64,000 bases of DNA from NCBI RefSeq assembly GCF_001194135.2, contig NC_068984.1, positions 61,129,445 through 61,193,444 on the forward strand. The letters are read 5' to 3'. The translations under genes and the position numbers were made by a program. The notes under the pieces were generated by a model. It was not told the DNA's origin. It did no database searches and saw only the letters and a list, made by a program, of their open reading frames with translations. Origin of the DNA: Octopus bimaculoides. Its lineage: Eukaryota. Positions 63,595 to 64,000 of this stretch are shown here, in pieces; within the stretch, counting starts at the first letter, position 1, and each line of letters begins with the position of its first letter.

Positions 63595-64000
63595 TACAGA
63601 TAATTATGGAATTTTTATTTACTGTAGGATGACTTTTGGCCACACACACACATAATTTTTCTCGTCTGGCCGTAAAGCCTTTTCTGTTTGTTTTCCTGTC
63701 TTGTCTTTTGTCCGCCACTACATTCCTCCATGGCAAGATTTAATTTGTGTATACAAATTTAATTTGCGGTCCTGCCCAGCTCTTCGAAACGCCGGTGTTA
63801 AAACGGGGGTAGCTGATGAAGTAGAATGTTCTCTATGTGGCTTGTGTGTTTTCTAGTCTCTGTTTTCTTTGCAATGCCCTGTACCCAGATATGCACCTAT
63901 ACATACAGGTGGATGTCGGTATGCACATACCTGTACGTATATATGCATATACTCATTTACTATTTGTTTTTACATGACTGAACGCAGCGTCTCCAATTGT

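Larger units (their letters stand above)
62913..63642. mobile_element. Tc1/mariner MITE (~220 bp) carrying a nested SINE dimer
   Basis: TA|CAGGGTTGGTCAAAAGTCACCTGACAGTAAA left TIR; TTTACTGTAGGATGACTTTTGGCCA at 63618-63642 is its inverted copy (terminal bases lost). Confidence 0.75.

Noticed and set aside
63780-63830. CGAAACGCCGG followed by CTGATGAAG, a permuted hammerhead order
   Set aside because: No valid NUH site or pairing stems were found.

Overview
This is AT-rich eukaryotic DNA, intergenic or intronic, from a draft assembly with about 19 N-gaps (~7 kb, ~11%) and very dense microsatellites. The SINE families and repeat landscape look like a coleoid cephalopod, probably Octopus (inference from recalled repeats, not verified). 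I found no intact host gene, RNA gene or CRISPR array. Every recognisable coding segment is a decayed transposon: at least five Penelope-like (PLE) fragments, five R4/Dong-type RLE LINE fragments, a CR1/L2-type LINE, a Tx1/L1 LINE, an RTE 3' end, Tc1, maT and hAT-type transposases, several MITEs and at least five tRNA-SINE families. Most long ORFs in the supplied track are artefacts of N-runs and microsatellites. The most interesting signal is a recurring minimal hammerhead-ribozyme (HHR) motif at PLE 3' ends. A similar motif also sits in the tail of a tRNA-headed SINE, which occurs at 63094-63594 as a head-to-head inverted dimer flanked by one 10-bp direct repeat inside a Tc1/mariner MITE. 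This suggests a ribozyme-bearing, possibly PLE-mobilised SINE. Other notable items are a SINE/LINE 3' hairpin with compensatory changes, R4/Dong elements stacked in trinucleotide microsatellites, an RT-less R4 derivative, and an AT-TSD MITE carrying a telomeric-repeat hairpin.
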